NCBI RefSeq assembly: GCF_009914755.1
Contig: NC_060927.1
Reading direction: 5' to 3' (one strand)
DNA from: the human T2T-CHM13v2.0 reference genome, Homo sapiens
Length of the DNA stretch: 64,000 nt
The notes beneath the pieces were generated by a model. The model did not search any database, was not told the DNA's origin, and worked only from the letters and a program-made list of their open reading frames with translations. Shown in pieces: positions 1-16,240 of this stretch (the first letter of the stretch is position 1; each line of letters begins with the position of its first letter). Position numbers and translations under genes: made by a program.

Positions 1-1070
<1,070 letters not shown>

Positions 1071-1935
1071 TTATCAAGGGAACATTGGCTCCAAATGTCC
1101 AGCTTACTTCTCTTTTTTCCTCTTCTTCTGAATGTTTAACCCACAAATTCCTTGCACTGGTAGATCTCCAATGAAATCTTTTTAACAAAGTAAACATTTT
1201 CTGCATTTTAAAATTTATCATGCCTAGAAATTTGTATCTACAATCTACTCAGCCATTGTTAAAGTCCCTGGATAGCTCTTTAAAGGTATATCATGTATAA
1301 GTTATTTCTAAAATGGCAAAGGGTCAATTTACATTTATTCTTTATCTTGACTCAAATTTGGTATTTCATATTCTGGATGAAAACCTATTTTCTACATTTT
1401 CATATTTTTCCCTTAAAGTTGTTCTCTTATATATTTTTTTCATATATGAAGATTGCTTATAAAGTGTCTGCTTCTTATGAACTAAAACATACCCTCTCGA
1501 AAATGAAATAAAATAAAATAAAATAAAAATAAATAAAGTAAGATTAAAAAATATCAAATACAAACTTAGAGTGTATCCCAATGAGTTGGAAACTGAATAC
1601 AAATTAAAGGACCTTAAGATATTTTGAGTGTACTCTAGTGAAAAACTATAGAATAAATACAAACCATGTAATACATTATTTTTCCCTCTGCACACTTTGA
1701 GAAGATTTGAATCATATGAGTGAGTTTTCTCATTCCGGACTACTTACACATTTTTAAGATTTCTTTTGCATATCTCAGAATAGATTTTTCTGGGATTTCT
1801 TGTTGGTTTTTAAAACGCAAATTCTGTAAATTTCTTGGTAAGTTTTTCTTCAAATTTAATATATATTGCTAATATTATTTTCCCCCATTATTATTCTCCC
1901 ATACATTATTATATGTTCCAAAGGTTTAAGATAAG

Positions 1936-1987
<52 letters not shown>
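1936..1987. repeat. Compound microsatellite (TA)n(GA)n
   Basis: Directly visible. Confidence 0.97.
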
Positions 1988-1991
<4 letters not shown>

Positions 1992-2409
1992 TGTATAATA
2001 AATCTTATATATAGTTTTAGATATTTATGTATAATAAATCTTATATGTATACACATATATAAATTATTTTTAGGTATTCTGTTGCATCAGGGTTTTTGTA
2101 CAAGAATTTTTTTTCTTTTTCTTGCATAAAACAAACTTCTCATATCTACTTATTTGTCTGACAGATTATGACCACTGAGTTTTTGGCTTACTAAACCTTT
2201 TCACCAATAATTCTTTCTTGACTCGTAAAGTTTGGGCAAGGCCTATCTCTTCTACTTTATTTCATTTCTCATAATATGCAACTCACTTAATTGTAATTCT
2301 CTGTATTCCCCAGGAGCAGTGGTTAATGATTGATTAGTTATACGTAAAGTAATTATTTGTAAAGGTTTTATTTGCTTCCAAAATAAAGGGGCCTAAAGCA
2401 AAGGAAAAA

Positions 2410-3146
<737 letters not shown>

Positions 3147-3149
3147 GGG

Positions 3150-3275
3150 GTCTGTGCCGTACCCTTGGCGATTAGGACTCAATAAGTCTGGAATGTGGCT
3201 CAAGCATGCACATTTAGCAAAATGGTCCTCAGTTTAATTCGGATGCACAGCTGGGGCCGAGGAACACTGCTGTAG
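3150..3275. mobile_element. MER5-like hAT-Charlie fragment
   Basis: aataagtctggaatgtggctcaagcatgcacatttagcaaa...gaacactgctgtagg resembles MER5A/B. Confidence 0.5.
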
Positions 3276-3479
3276 GCTAAGCTGTGTGAACAAACGGACT
3301 CTGATAATTTCACTGTTTCATTCTTAAGCAGCAAAATATTTGGCACAAAAGCACGTGATAATTATTTAATTACAGAAGATTAAGCTAAATATTGATTTTT
3401 TACATATATTTTGTAATCGGCCACCTTAGTGTTCCTTTCAGAGGCAGGCATGGTGTAAGTTTTAATTATTTTTCCTTGT

Positions 3480-3790
3480 TTTAAATTATTTTGCTTAATT
3501 CGTTTTATCATACAATTATATTTACTAAGAATTCCAGAACAAAGTTAAATTGTGTCAATATAAAGATACATTTTTCTGTCCTGTTTCTTACTTTATTTGG
3601 AATGTATTTAGTGTTTTACCATTAAGTATTATATCATATTGACAATTATTTGGAGATTTATATTTAGCTATTTAGTTATGAAACTTCCCATCTTATTTCA
3701 CTAAAGATATTTTTTTTTTTTTAATCAAGACTGGACGTTGCATTTTACCAAGTGCCTCTTGTAAATTTTCATAGATGTAAATGTATGTAC
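3480..3790 (-). mobile_element. Old L1M ORF2 fragment
   Basis: ctaagaattccagaacaaagttaaat...gtgttttaccattaagtat resembles antisense L1 RT region. Confidence 0.55.
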
Positions 3791-5194
3791 ATGGATAAAT
3801 TCTTTTGCAGTTTCATCTATTTTCAGGGTAATCCTTATAGAAAGAAAAAAAAACCCATACTTACTGTAAGAAAGGGGTTAACAATGAGTTCTTTGTCCTA
3901 TCCTGTTTCTCACATATGCCTAATGCTTCAGCTAGAGTTCAAATTATTTTTGCAATGTTAACTCAAGAATTTATAACAGAGACTAGATCCAATATAGATG
4001 AGAATCTGATCAAGAACTATATGCCAGACTAAGAACTGTACTTCATCACCAATAATGTTTATTGAATAACTAGTTGCCAGTATTGACGAGATGTGAGCTA
4101 GTCATTGCTTTTGAGGGGCTATGTTACTAGCATTGTGAAATGTGACCATAGTAGTTATAGATTCTCTAGACTTAGGCAAATATGTGTGTCTCAAGTGTGA
4201 AATAATTTTAGGACATAGGAAGGTGCACTAGAGATTCATAGGACCTCCACTTTGCTGTTGCTGCACATGCTACATTAGCAACCTGTCTTGCATTCTTTCT
4301 TAAAATTAAATAAATTTAATGTTATGTGAAGTGTGCTGTGTCTTATGAATTTGCCTGTTAATTCAAAACTAAAATTGCCACTGCTGTTTGAACAGAGAGC
4401 TAACATGAAAAGATTTTCATATTCTGAAATGAACTCTATTTAGACATGGCATATTATTCTCATAGTAAACTGCCAACTCTACCCATATTTAATTTAGAAA
4501 TTTTATAAGTATAGTTCCAAACTTATATTGATCTATATTTCTCCCTTTCTATCACATTCCAGTTCAAACATTATACAAGCTTTAAAAAATCATATTTTCC
4601 AATCTCAGATTCATCGTGTTTCATTTTTATTTATTTGTATTTTTTCTCCTTATATCCACATTAATTTCTCATATTGTAATTTAGATTATGCTTTTTTCCT
4701 AAAGTATCTGTAATGAAATGCTGAGCCATTTCTTCTATTCAGATATGACTACCAAATTAATTATATAGATAGCCACACATATATACACATACACAAGAAC
4801 ATACATGATGCTAAAATACAGTTTGAAATCACGTATTTGCACAATTGCAGGCTATGATGAAGTTAGCCTCATCTCATATTAAGATAACTAAATACAGATG
4901 TCATTTGTTGTGTTGCTGTGCCTTCATGTTTTGAACTAATAACTAGTAATGTCTGCCCAGGTCATATGAACACTAGTACAAAATAAAATCTCAAGACTGT
5001 GCTTCCAGCCTTGATGGAGTACTGGACTTCCCTTGGAGTGGTAAACTATTAGAATATATAAAGCAGCTCTCTTCATATATTGGATAATAAGCAGGACAGG
5101 ACTATGGTCTGTCAAAAAAGGGGTAATCAAATGAAGTGCATGCAATAACAGCTCCTGCTTTCTGCTAGGGAGAAATGGAAAATAAAAGAATCAG

Positions 5195-5402
5195 AAAGGA
5201 ATTACTAGAGATGAGAAATACAGTAACTGAAAAAAAATTTACTAGATGAGATAGTTATGAGATTAGACCCTTAGGAAAAAAAGATCAATGAACCTGAAGA
5301 TAGAGCAATAGAAACTATCCACCAACAACAGGGAGTATAAAAGACTGGAAAAATAAAATAAATAGAAATTCAGTGACCTGTGTGAGAACATCAAGCAATC
5401 TA
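5195..5402 (+). mobile_element. Old L1M ORF1 fragment
   Basis: aagatcaatgaacctgaagatagagcaatagaaactatcc...cagtgacctgtgtgagaacatcaagc. Confidence 0.7.
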
Positions 5403-6099
5403 GGTTTTCTGTGCAATAGAAGACTTCTTATATAGAAATGAGTTGAATAAGATGACTATGGAATGACATAGAAAAGACAAATTGCATACAGATATGCTAT
5501 AAATACTTTTTTATTGGAAAAAATCAAGTTGCTTAATTTTGATGATGTGGTAGGAATGTGAGAAAGACTAAATGAAAAAGATATATTCTGCAAATTAGAG
5601 TAGGAATTGAATAATATTCAGTATATATTACAACAAAAAATGGGCAAAGAAACCATTAAAATATAGAAAATTAATTCATTCCACTTACTGAATTGTCTCA
5701 AAGTTTCTGGAAAAAACAGCAGTTTTAAAATATGGAGTTATGAGCTCAATAATCATGTATCATATAAAATTTGTCAATTTTTAATAGGCCAAATTAATAT
5801 TTAGCAAAAACACAAAAACTCCAATTTAAGATTTTTTAATTAAAGTTTTTATCTTCCCACATTTCTCGTATTTCTTGGATCTGACCTAAATGTTGAACTT
5901 TTATTAAGTCAAAGGAATTTCTGTTTTCACGTAACCTAAAAGAAGGCATAATATTTATGTGTAACATGTCTAGAATCACACCTTTTTAATACTTGCCCTA
6001 GTTTGCTTTATTCTTTGGAATATATACAGTCCAGAAAGTGTCTCCGTCATGATACTTTTTCACTGGTTCCATTTTGAAATTTGATAACCAAAGAAAGAC

Positions 6100-6316
6100 A
6101 CAATGAGAACACTTGGACCCAGGGTGGGGAACATCACACACTGGGGCCTGTCATGGGGTTGGGGGCTGGGGGAGGGATAGCATTAGGAGAAATACCTAAT
6201 GTAAATGACGAGTTAATGGGTGCAGCACACCAACATGGCACATGTATACATATATAACAAACCTACACGTTGTGCACATGTACCCTAGAACTTAAAGTAT
6301 AATAATAATAAAAAAA
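6100..6316 (+). mobile_element. L1PA 3' UTR end with poly(A)
   Basis: acaatgagaacacttgg...gggggagggatagcattaggagaaatacctaatg...taccctagaacttaaagtataataat. Confidence 0.95.
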
Positions 6317-6345
6317 TTGATATACCTTTTAATAAAATATAAATA

Positions 6346-7658
<1,313 letters not shown>

Positions 7659-7699
7659 TACTATTTCCAAGTTTCATGCATTGTCAGTTTTTTCTTCTT

Positions 7700-7912
7700 T
7701 AGATCATCCTCACAATCACTCAATACCCACCAACAAGGAAAGTGTGATGGTGAGGAAGTCAGAGTGAAAAAGACAGTGATTTCAACTGATTATAGTTAAA
7801 ATGTCTTACTTTTCACATTTTACAAAGACATGTGACCCTGGAAAGCCAATGTTAGCACCCATCCTAAGGCTGTGAAGGTGGTGGGGGATACTGAAGCTTA
7901 TTTAGTTTCATT
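7700..7912. mobile_element. hAT-type DNA transposon fragment (Arthur1-like)
   Basis: gaagtcagagtgaaaaagacag...ctgaagcttatttagtttcat resembles recalled hAT-Tip100 termini. Confidence 0.35.
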
Positions 7913-8291
7913 ATCTTTCTGGAGCATCTCTCTTCTCTAATAGCCATTCTTAAAAACATGCAAATAAAAAACATCTTAATAATGTAAGAATTTTGAAAAT
8001 TGAGTGAGGAAAGAATTCAAATTGTATTAATGCTCCTACAGTATTTTTGGGGTACACAAATGGGACAAGGTAAACTCCATCCTTCTAGAATCTACAATTT
8101 CCCACAGAATGATTCATGTTTCTTTTTTTTTTAAAGCTTCTCTAATGAAACAATTTATTCTAAATGCAAAGGTCTCCTTACTTCAAATATTAAATTTCCT
8201 TTCTCTTTTTCCTAAAAGGGCTGTCTAGTACTATCTAAACTATTTATATAGTTATAATAGATGTTAATATTTTCTCTGTAAAAATATTTCA

Positions 8292-8450
8292 TTTTCTTTT
8301 ATAGAGATCAGATATCTCTTTGTTGCCCAGGCTGGAGTGCAGTGGCACAATCATAGCTCACTGTTGTCTTTAACTCCTGGGCTCAAATGATCCTTCCTCA
8401 TCAGCTTCCCAAGTAGCTGGGGCTACAGGTGTGTGCTACCATACCTAGAT
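8292..8450 (-). mobile_element. Alu monomer (FRAM or AluJ right arm)
   Basis: tgttgcccaggctggagtgcagtggcacaatcatagctcactg...ctcctgggctcaaatgatcc. Confidence 0.85.
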
Positions 8451-9844
8451 GAAAATACTTTATTCTTAAAATACCAAATTTTATATCATAAAACATTCTC
8501 TGGCTTTATCAGTAATGTTAGTTTGAGATTTTAGAGTTCATATTTTCTAAATGAACATTGTGGGATATTGTTATCATCTGCTGTATTCAATTTTTATTTC
8601 TAATTTTTCTCAATTAATGTTTAAATGTATATATTTTTTTATTGGTTTTGAACCAAGAACTCCTGGTTTACTGTATTCTCAAGCAAGATTTGAGTTGATT
8701 ATGGTTTCCAGTGGAACTCAACCTCTGTGGAATAGGTCTTAAGATGGTTCAGGATTTTAACCTTCAAAAAAATTTGGTATTCAGTGATTGATAATAGCGC
8801 CAGTTTTCTGGAAGCCTATTTTGCTTGCCCAGGATGAGTTTTGTAGAAAGCATTAGGTTTCATCAACTAGACAACACCATTTGGAAGGAATGTTCTTTTA
8901 TTCGTTGACTGTTAGGTTGTGATAAGCCATTTTGCTTTTGGAAGTGATCTAGTTAGTGTAGTTCCCTATCAATTAAGGTAGCAGCCAGGTGTCTCATGCC
9001 GTGGTTCTGCTTTGATAACTACATAAGAGCAATTCTAGCTTGCTTATGAGGCCAAAGAGCAAGGAAGAGCCACTTACAAGACAGATACTTATACTTTATT
9101 ATAACAAAATGTCCTAAAAGAAAATGTTGGCTATACTAATTGAAGTAAATGGGTTGGATATTTATTCTATGGATAATGGATACCTCAAAAAAGAAATTAT
9201 AGACAGTAATTAAACCTATGTCTAGAAATATGTTGCTGGTTCTTCTAGAAAGGCAGAATGAAATTTTCAAATCTCAACTGCAAATTTACGTGGTTATTTT
9301 AGCTACCTGTTCTATGAAAAGGAGAAATATGTCATTTCTCCAGAAAAGGCCCATTGGATATCAAAATTCTGCTACTCACCTGGGTTCTCAACTAAACTTT
9401 GACAGTATTAATTGCTTTAGGAAAATTACATAACCTCCCTGTTGGTTTCTCTGTTCTCTAACTGTTCTCTAGACTCAGCAGTGATATTATGCATATATTA
9501 TATACATATGTCAGCAGTAGAAGACTTTAAAAAAATAAAACCTCTTAATAAATTTTTGATATGTTAAACAGATACCAATGACTTTTTATTAGTAAACATT
9601 TCTATTTTAATGTAGATTTCATTACTACAAAATCAATCAAGTAGAACATTGGAAAGGATCTAATGTAAACAAAAATTTGAAATTAGAAGCTATAGATGAC
9701 AATAAGGCTTATGGCATATTTTGCAGTCAGATAATTTCTGTTTTATTCCCTTTCAAGTTATCAACATGATCTTCATTCATATAGATAATTCCTTATAGCT
9801 TACAAAAAATTTTCACTTTTGTCATGTTTTATTTTGCATCTTGG

Positions 9845-9965
9845 CTTGCAATATGCAAGCTGCATGAGAACAGATATCTTCTCTGTTGCATTAATTACAT
9901 ATCTTGGCACTTTACTATAGAGGCTGGGAATACAAATATTTGATGCATTAGCTTGTTGAATATAT
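9845..9965 (+). mobile_element. L2 3' end fragment
   Basis: tgcaagctgcatgagaacag...caaatatttgatg...ttgttgaat. Confidence 0.55.
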
Positions 9966-9989
9966 TTCAATGTCAAAACAAAATGCTAA

Positions 9990-10205
9990 TAATAATGGTA
10001 TTAATAATCACTACTATTTTTGAGCATCTCTTTGCTATGTAAAATTGTATTTGCTTTACAGATATCCCCTAACTTAGTACTTATAATAACTTAAGATAAG
10101 GTATTACTATTAAGAGATTAGGTAAATTCCAAGATTTCAGAATTAGTTTTTACCAGAGCTGAAATTAAAATCCATGCAGGCTGACTTATGAGAAAATATT
10201 CTCAA
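9990..10205 (-). mobile_element. MIR
   Basis: Degenerate antisense MIR: tttttgagcatc...gagattaggtaaattccaag...cagagctgaaatt. Confidence 0.55.
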
Positions 10206-10289
10206 CTAGTAATACTAGAGTAAGTTTCTCAAAATAAACTAAACCTGCAATAATTAAAGGTAAGTTGTATTTTGAAATAATAAGTTAAA

Positions 10290-10447
10290 TCTAAATTAAT
10301 TAAAATTAAATGCAGAAAATCAGTTTACCTGTCCTATTAGTTATATTTCAAGCTCTTAATGGCCACATGTAGCTAGTGGGTATTGTATTTCATAGTGCAG
10401 ATATGGAACATTTCTGTCATCACAGAAAGTTCTATTTAACAGTGTTA
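10290..10447. mobile_element. MER3 (hAT-Charlie)
   Basis: tttcaagctcttaatggccacatgtagctagtgg...gaacatttctgtcatcacagaaagttctat. Confidence 0.8.
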
Positions 10448-10455
10448 ATCTAGAG

Positions 10456-10761
10456 CAGACATTGGCAACCTTTTTCTGTAAAAGGCCAGAGAATCTTTAG
10501 TCTTTGGAGGCCACACTGGTTTCTTGCAACTACTCAACATTGCCATTGCAACATGAAAGCAGCAATAGACAATACATTTAAAAAAACGAGCATGACTGTG
10601 TTCTAATGACATTTTATTTATAGACAACGAAATTTGAATTTTATATAATTTTTATATGTTATGAGATGTTACCTTTTCCTCAACCATTAGAAGTATAAAA
10701 ACCATTCTTAACTCTGAGATCAGAAAATAACAGGCAGTGGGCTGAAGTTTTCTGATTCCTG
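10456..10761. mobile_element. MER58B-like (hAT-Charlie)
   Basis: ttggcaacctttttctgtaaaaggccaga...caactactcaac...gaaatttgaattttatataattttt; flanked by tctagag/tccagaa target-like sites. Confidence 0.8.
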
Positions 10762-11574
10762 GTCCAGAAATTCCCTAACATCTTAATTCCAAAATGCTAT
10801 AATCATACGTTATCCACAAATTTCAACAAAATTATTATCTGTCTGATTATGAAACATTAATAAGAATTACCTCTAAGACTCACTTTCCCATACTTTTATA
10901 TCCTTTGAATATTTCAGTTTTATGTTAATTATTAAAAGGAAGTAAATTTTCTGAAGATCTCTTTTGCCAATTAGTGTTCCTTTAGATTAAAAACCATGTC
11001 TAATGTTGGCTGTAGCAGTCTCAGAAGTTTGCAAATTCGTGACCATTAGTAGAACTTTGGCTCCTGCTTCTTGAATTAGTGTATTTGTAAACCTAAAAAT
11101 TTGGAAATGCAAGAAGTTGTTTGTTGTACAGATAATGTTTCACAGCTCATGACGCATAGCAAGGGTTGTATAACATAAAAGATTATTATAATTACTTTTT
11201 CAAAATTGTATAATAGTGAAGTGTAGAAAAGAAAAGAGGTTTAAAAGGATCAACTTTGTGGGGATTATGCCCTCTCTGACAGTTAACAATATGTAAGGTT
11301 TTCCCACTGTTTCCATTTCTAGTAATAAATCAAAGAGTGGTCTACCATGGTCAGTTCAATAGAAGTATTTTCAGGTCATTTAATTAACAAATCTAATGAG
11401 TCTTTATGAGGTATTTATGAGGTTTAGTATATCCTTATTTATTTTTTTTCAACATAATTATCTCAGAGAGTGAATGGTAAGCCTACTTGTTTCTCACCAT
11501 TTTCTGAAAATTCAGAATGTGGTGAAGACTTTCTTAGTCATCTAACAGAAAAAATATTATCCATGTATTTAGAC

Positions 11575-11710
11575 CAGTGTTTTTCAGTGTGGTGCCCAGG
11601 ACCAACCCCAGACCATGAAGTAGTGCTGGGATGAGTTGGTAACTGGACATCAGAAATTACCTGTAAGTTACCAGGAAATTTTAATGTGCAGCAAGGATTG
11701 CAAACCAATG
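11575..11710. mobile_element. MER5-like hAT-Charlie element
   Basis: cagtgtttttcagtgtggtgcccaggacc...aatgtgcagcaaggattgcaaaccaatg. Confidence 0.55.
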
Positions 11711-13344
11711 ATTTAATAAAACATATAATTAAGAGCTTTTCTTTCAATTCTTCCATGATATTAAAATAGGAGCCTGAGCTATCAACCAAACTACCTCAAC
11801 ACCCAATACACTGCATAGGACAGCAGTGGAAAGAGAATAGCTGTCCGAAGTACCTTGCTGGTGTAGCGATCATAAGGAGATCATCCACAAACGTTAATAA
11901 CATGGTGAAGTGCAGTAGTGATTAATTAGAAGGTGCTGCAGCCTGGTTGTGGGTGTCACAGAAGCATGAACATAGTTATAGCCTAGTTTTGGACAGAGAT
12001 GCACACATATATAACAATACAAATCTAGATTTTAGGTCATGGCACTGGGACTCTTAAGAGCTGATTTAAATTAGTGGCCATTCAAATATTATACAGATTA
12101 TTGACTAGTTTGTTCAATATTCTAAAATAATTTATAAAATGTACCAAACAGCAGATAATATAAAAACCAGAGGATATAGATCAAATAAAAATGTAGTAAT
12201 ATAAGAAATCATAAAGTAAAGAATGTTGGATTATATTAAGAACTAAAGGATGAAAGATATTCAGGATTCGAAAGTGATAAGATTAATGTGATATTTAAAT
12301 ATAATTAAACTAAATGATATATATTAAATGATATAAACAGTATTATGAATCCTTCTGAGAAGGCATTCTAGATTATTTATAGTTCTATTGGAAATTGAAC
12401 TTAATATTCCAGGAAATAAAAAGAAAAAAACAGCAAGGAACTTATTCAGATCAATTATTGTAAAGTGATATAAAATCCTTGGCAAAAAAAAAATTGTCAG
12501 TAAGAAGATGAAATATTAACCAAGCTTTTATTTTAAAGTATGTGGAAATGTCTAATTTGTCTATTATTAGGAGCATTTAACAACTTTTTTTTTCCAGCCA
12601 ACCTCTGCAGATTATTTTAATCTATTTTTTCTCTTAGAAGGCAAATAATGAATTTTGAATTTTATATTAGGATTTTTTTTCATAGTCATATAAGTAGAAC
12701 TTTGAACAGTGATTTTACTAAGTTACTCAGAGTAAAAATAGTTATTTGATTACACTTACTCATAGTAAAAATAGTTGTTTGATGACACAAGTATATGAAA
12801 TAATTTTGCATAATGTGGCAGATAATATGCATGTTAAGTCGACTGCACTTAGAAATTGATGTGAAAAAATTTGCAAGGAGACACAATTTGTATGTATCTT
12901 TCCTTCTTTAAGCTTATTTTTGTGAGTACATTATATTGCATCTCATATAGACACTCATTATAACTTTATCTGTGGCAAGATTTTATGGAATGACAGGAAA
13001 GTGAGTTATGGAGCTGTATTAAGATCTCCAGTAACCGAAGTTTGGATTTCTTGGTCTGCTGAGTTTTAAGTTTGAAAGTTTTGCATGCATTACCTATTTT
13101 TATAGACTTGAAACCCTTAGAATGTTAAAACATGTGAGAGCTATATCTATATAAAACTAAAAATGTGACTAAAGTTATCAATACATCAATTTTGATGACG
13201 GTTTGAGTTTTTTCTTGATAATACTTTCTTATCCCAATGTTTGGAAATGTGTAATTCAAGGATCAATTGTTTCTAGACCTAAAGGTTTTCTGCAGTGCAT
13301 AAAAGTTCTGCTATCATGAATTTGATGTATGTAGACATAGTCCA

Positions 13345-13714
13345 TGATATGCTTTGGCTCTGTGTCCCCACTCAAACCTCATCTTGTGGCTCCCACAATT
13401 CCCATGTGTTGTGGGAGGGACCCGGTAGGAGATGAGTGAATCATGGTGGAGGGTCTTTCCCATGCTGTTCTCATGATAGTGAATGGGTGTCACGAAATCT
13501 GATGGGTTTAAAAAATGGGAGTTTCTCTGCACAAGCCCTCTCTTTGCCTGCTGCAATCCACGTAAGATATGACTTGCTCCTCCTTGCCTTCAGCCATGAT
13601 TGTGAGGCTTCCCAGCCACATGGAACTATGAGTTCTCCATTAAACTTCTTTCTTTTGTAAATTGCCCAGTCTCAGGTATATCTTTATCAAGCAGCATTAA
13701 AACAGACCAATATA
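13345..13714 (+). mobile_element. THE1 (THE1A-like) MaLR solo LTR
   Basis: tgatatgctttggctctgtgtcccc...cagaccaatata; 5-bp TSD GTCCA at 13340-13344 and 13715-13719. Confidence 0.92.
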
Positions 13715-14461
13715 GTCCATTATTTGCTTTTAAATCTTACTATATGTCACTTATGTTTCGTTGCTATTAGAAATCATTGGGAAAATAATATGCAACTGTC
13801 AGAAAAGCATTAGTGATTGAGAATTTTGGAAACATGATGCTCTGTCAGTATTTTTTTTGTAACATAAATAACAGCAAAGCTTAACAGATATAAATGAACC
13901 TGCATTTCTGTTGTACAAGATGTGACTTTGTACTAATATAGTACAAAAGTTAATATAGTTCCAGGTTAATATGTGCAAAGTTAACCTGGAAAATAGAACC
14001 TATTGGGAAGAGAAATGAAGAAATGGTATTTATAAAATGCATAGCTGGCCATAAAATAGTCCAACTTAAAGGATAACTTTCTTCACTTATGTTTAGAACT
14101 CATATAGTTGTAAGGTTCCAGAGAGTTTGGTCAAGCTCTGGCACACAGAAACTTACATAAACATACTTAATAGTAAATTAAACTTGCAGTTGCAATAACT
14201 CTTTCTTGAGTGAAACGACTGCCTAATACTTTAAACATGTTTTTGATTATATAAGTCAGTGTAGGTCGTGAATCATGTGGGTTTTGTCCACTATAAAGTT
14301 AATACCTTTTTAATGATGCACATTGAGGGTAATTTTATTCGAATTTAAAGACTAAGATGGAATTCTAGACACTTGGATATACTTCTCATTATTTTTCTAG
14401 TTGCTATTTCTCCAGATTTTAAAAGAATCAATTTTTCAGACTGGGTTTTTACAGTGCTTCC

Positions 14462-14504
<43 letters not shown>

Positions 14505-14507
14505 TTT
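14462..14507. repeat. (TTTA)n microsatellite
   Basis: Directly visible. Confidence 0.95.
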
Positions 14508-14799
14508 TTGGCTTTCTTATATTTTAGATTGATGTGTTTCAGCCCAGAGAATTTTTCAGTAGGAATGGGAACCTGAGATTTTCACTGCAACTGCTATACA
14601 AATTTAATGATATGGTTTTATATAAAAGCGTACTGCAAACACCAAAAACCTCTGATACTGATTACAATTTAGTTGGACTGTGCCTACAATTAGTGGATCA
14701 CTTTCATGCTAAGAGATCTAGTGTCCCTGTGATTTACTGTCACTTAAAAAATGCTCCTGAAGAGGTCCAGAATTTCTACAGAAGGCACATTTTAATGTT

Positions 14800-15200
14800 A
14801 CCATTCAGTTTTATGACTAAGGTTTAAATGATCACTTGACCCTTACTTACCTTTCCAACCTAATTTAATGTTGTGCATTACCCTAAATCCTCCTTGCTGA
14901 ACAAATTGTTCTCCTTGTTCTTACCTTTCATTCCATGAACCATTCTGTCTTTGTGTTCTGGCTCATCCTGCTATTTTTGATTGGAATACCTGCCTGCCCC
15001 CTCCTCCCTCCTACACTTTCTTTCTTTCTGCCTTTCTTCTTTTCCTTTTTCTTTCTGTTTAAATGTTTCCTATACTATTTTCAGGACTCAGTTTTTGTTC
15101 CAGATTGCATGAAGTCTTTTATTACTCTCTCACCTCTTAGTGACTTCTCCATCCTCTGAAATCCTCAAAATTTATTATTTTACCCCTTCTCTGGAACTTG
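14800..15200 (+). mobile_element. L2 fragment ending at the edge of the inverted-duplication arm
   Basis: Pyrimidine-rich L2-like 3' region (ttggaatacctgcc, ctattttcaggactcag, catcctctgaaatcctc). Confidence 0.5.
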
Positions 15201-15201
15201 A

Positions 15202-15736
15202 TTTAGAAATGGCATTATACAATCTTCAGAGAAACATAATTATTTAGGTAAAGTATATTGATATTTAGCATCCCCATTTTGGAGAGAATAAAACAAAAAG
15301 GAGAACCCATTTGTTACTATCACTCAGAAAACTTGTGACTGACAAAAGAGAGAATCAATATGGTTCATTCCTATACTGTGTCTTAGAGAACTCATTTCCA
15401 AAGTTCATCAGCAAAAAATGGTAAAATAAATACCTAAAGTTAAAATTACTTTGCAAGTCCATAGTCTTAAAAATCATTTTATGTCTTTGTCATAAAGTCA
15501 TTATGATCCAATGGCCTTTGGGAGGAATCATACTTTGCTGTTAGAACACATCTAAGAATCCTTAATAACTTCTAAGATTTCCTCATCTTTATACCAAGTA
15601 TGGAGGAAATAACTGAAGAAGATGAAGGAGAGAAAGAAGGAGATGATGGTAATGAAGAAGAAATATTTTTTCCTGTGTCCAAAATGGAGTAATAATGGCA
15701 TTAAATAAAAGACTGTGCAACGCATATAATTTTGAG
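15202..15736 (+). repeat. Left arm of a ~535 bp inverted duplication
   Basis: Reverse complement of 21648-22186; e.g. tttagaaatggcattatac here vs gtataatgccatttctaaa ending at 22186. Confidence 0.95.
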
Positions 15737-16029
15737 GAATTCATGCAGATGACACAGAATGGACACATTTTTGGAAGCTGTGATTTGTTCTATATTTTTA
15801 TTGGTCACCTACAACAGAAAAGTTAGATTTTATCGTCCTCAAATACTTGTCATATTTATGTGGGGTAAAGATATTTTGTCATTGTAAAACTAAAGATGAC
15901 AGAAATCTGTATTTTATTGGCTCAATAATAAGTGAATGTAGTTTAAAAAGAGGCCACAACAAAGATTTAACTCATTGCCTTATGACTGTTCCTGTAGATG
16001 TACCTCCTGTAATAAAATACATAACATAC

Positions 16030-16240
16030 ACATAACATATACGGAGTGTTCACTATGTGTCAACTACCATGTGAAACTGTTACATGCATGTCTTATCAGA
16101 ACAAATTTTGCTTTGTGGATGAGGAAACAAAAAGAGGGTCATAGCAAAGTGACTTGCTCAAATTCACGGAGTTGTCAGTTACTGGGAAAACTGGAATTTG
16201 AACCCAAACAATCTGATTCCAGAGCCCTCATTCTTTCTAT
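16030..16240 (-). mobile_element. MIR
   Basis: gatgaggaaacaaaagagg...gtgacttgctcaa...ctggaatttgaacccaaacaatctgattccagagccc. Confidence 0.8.
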
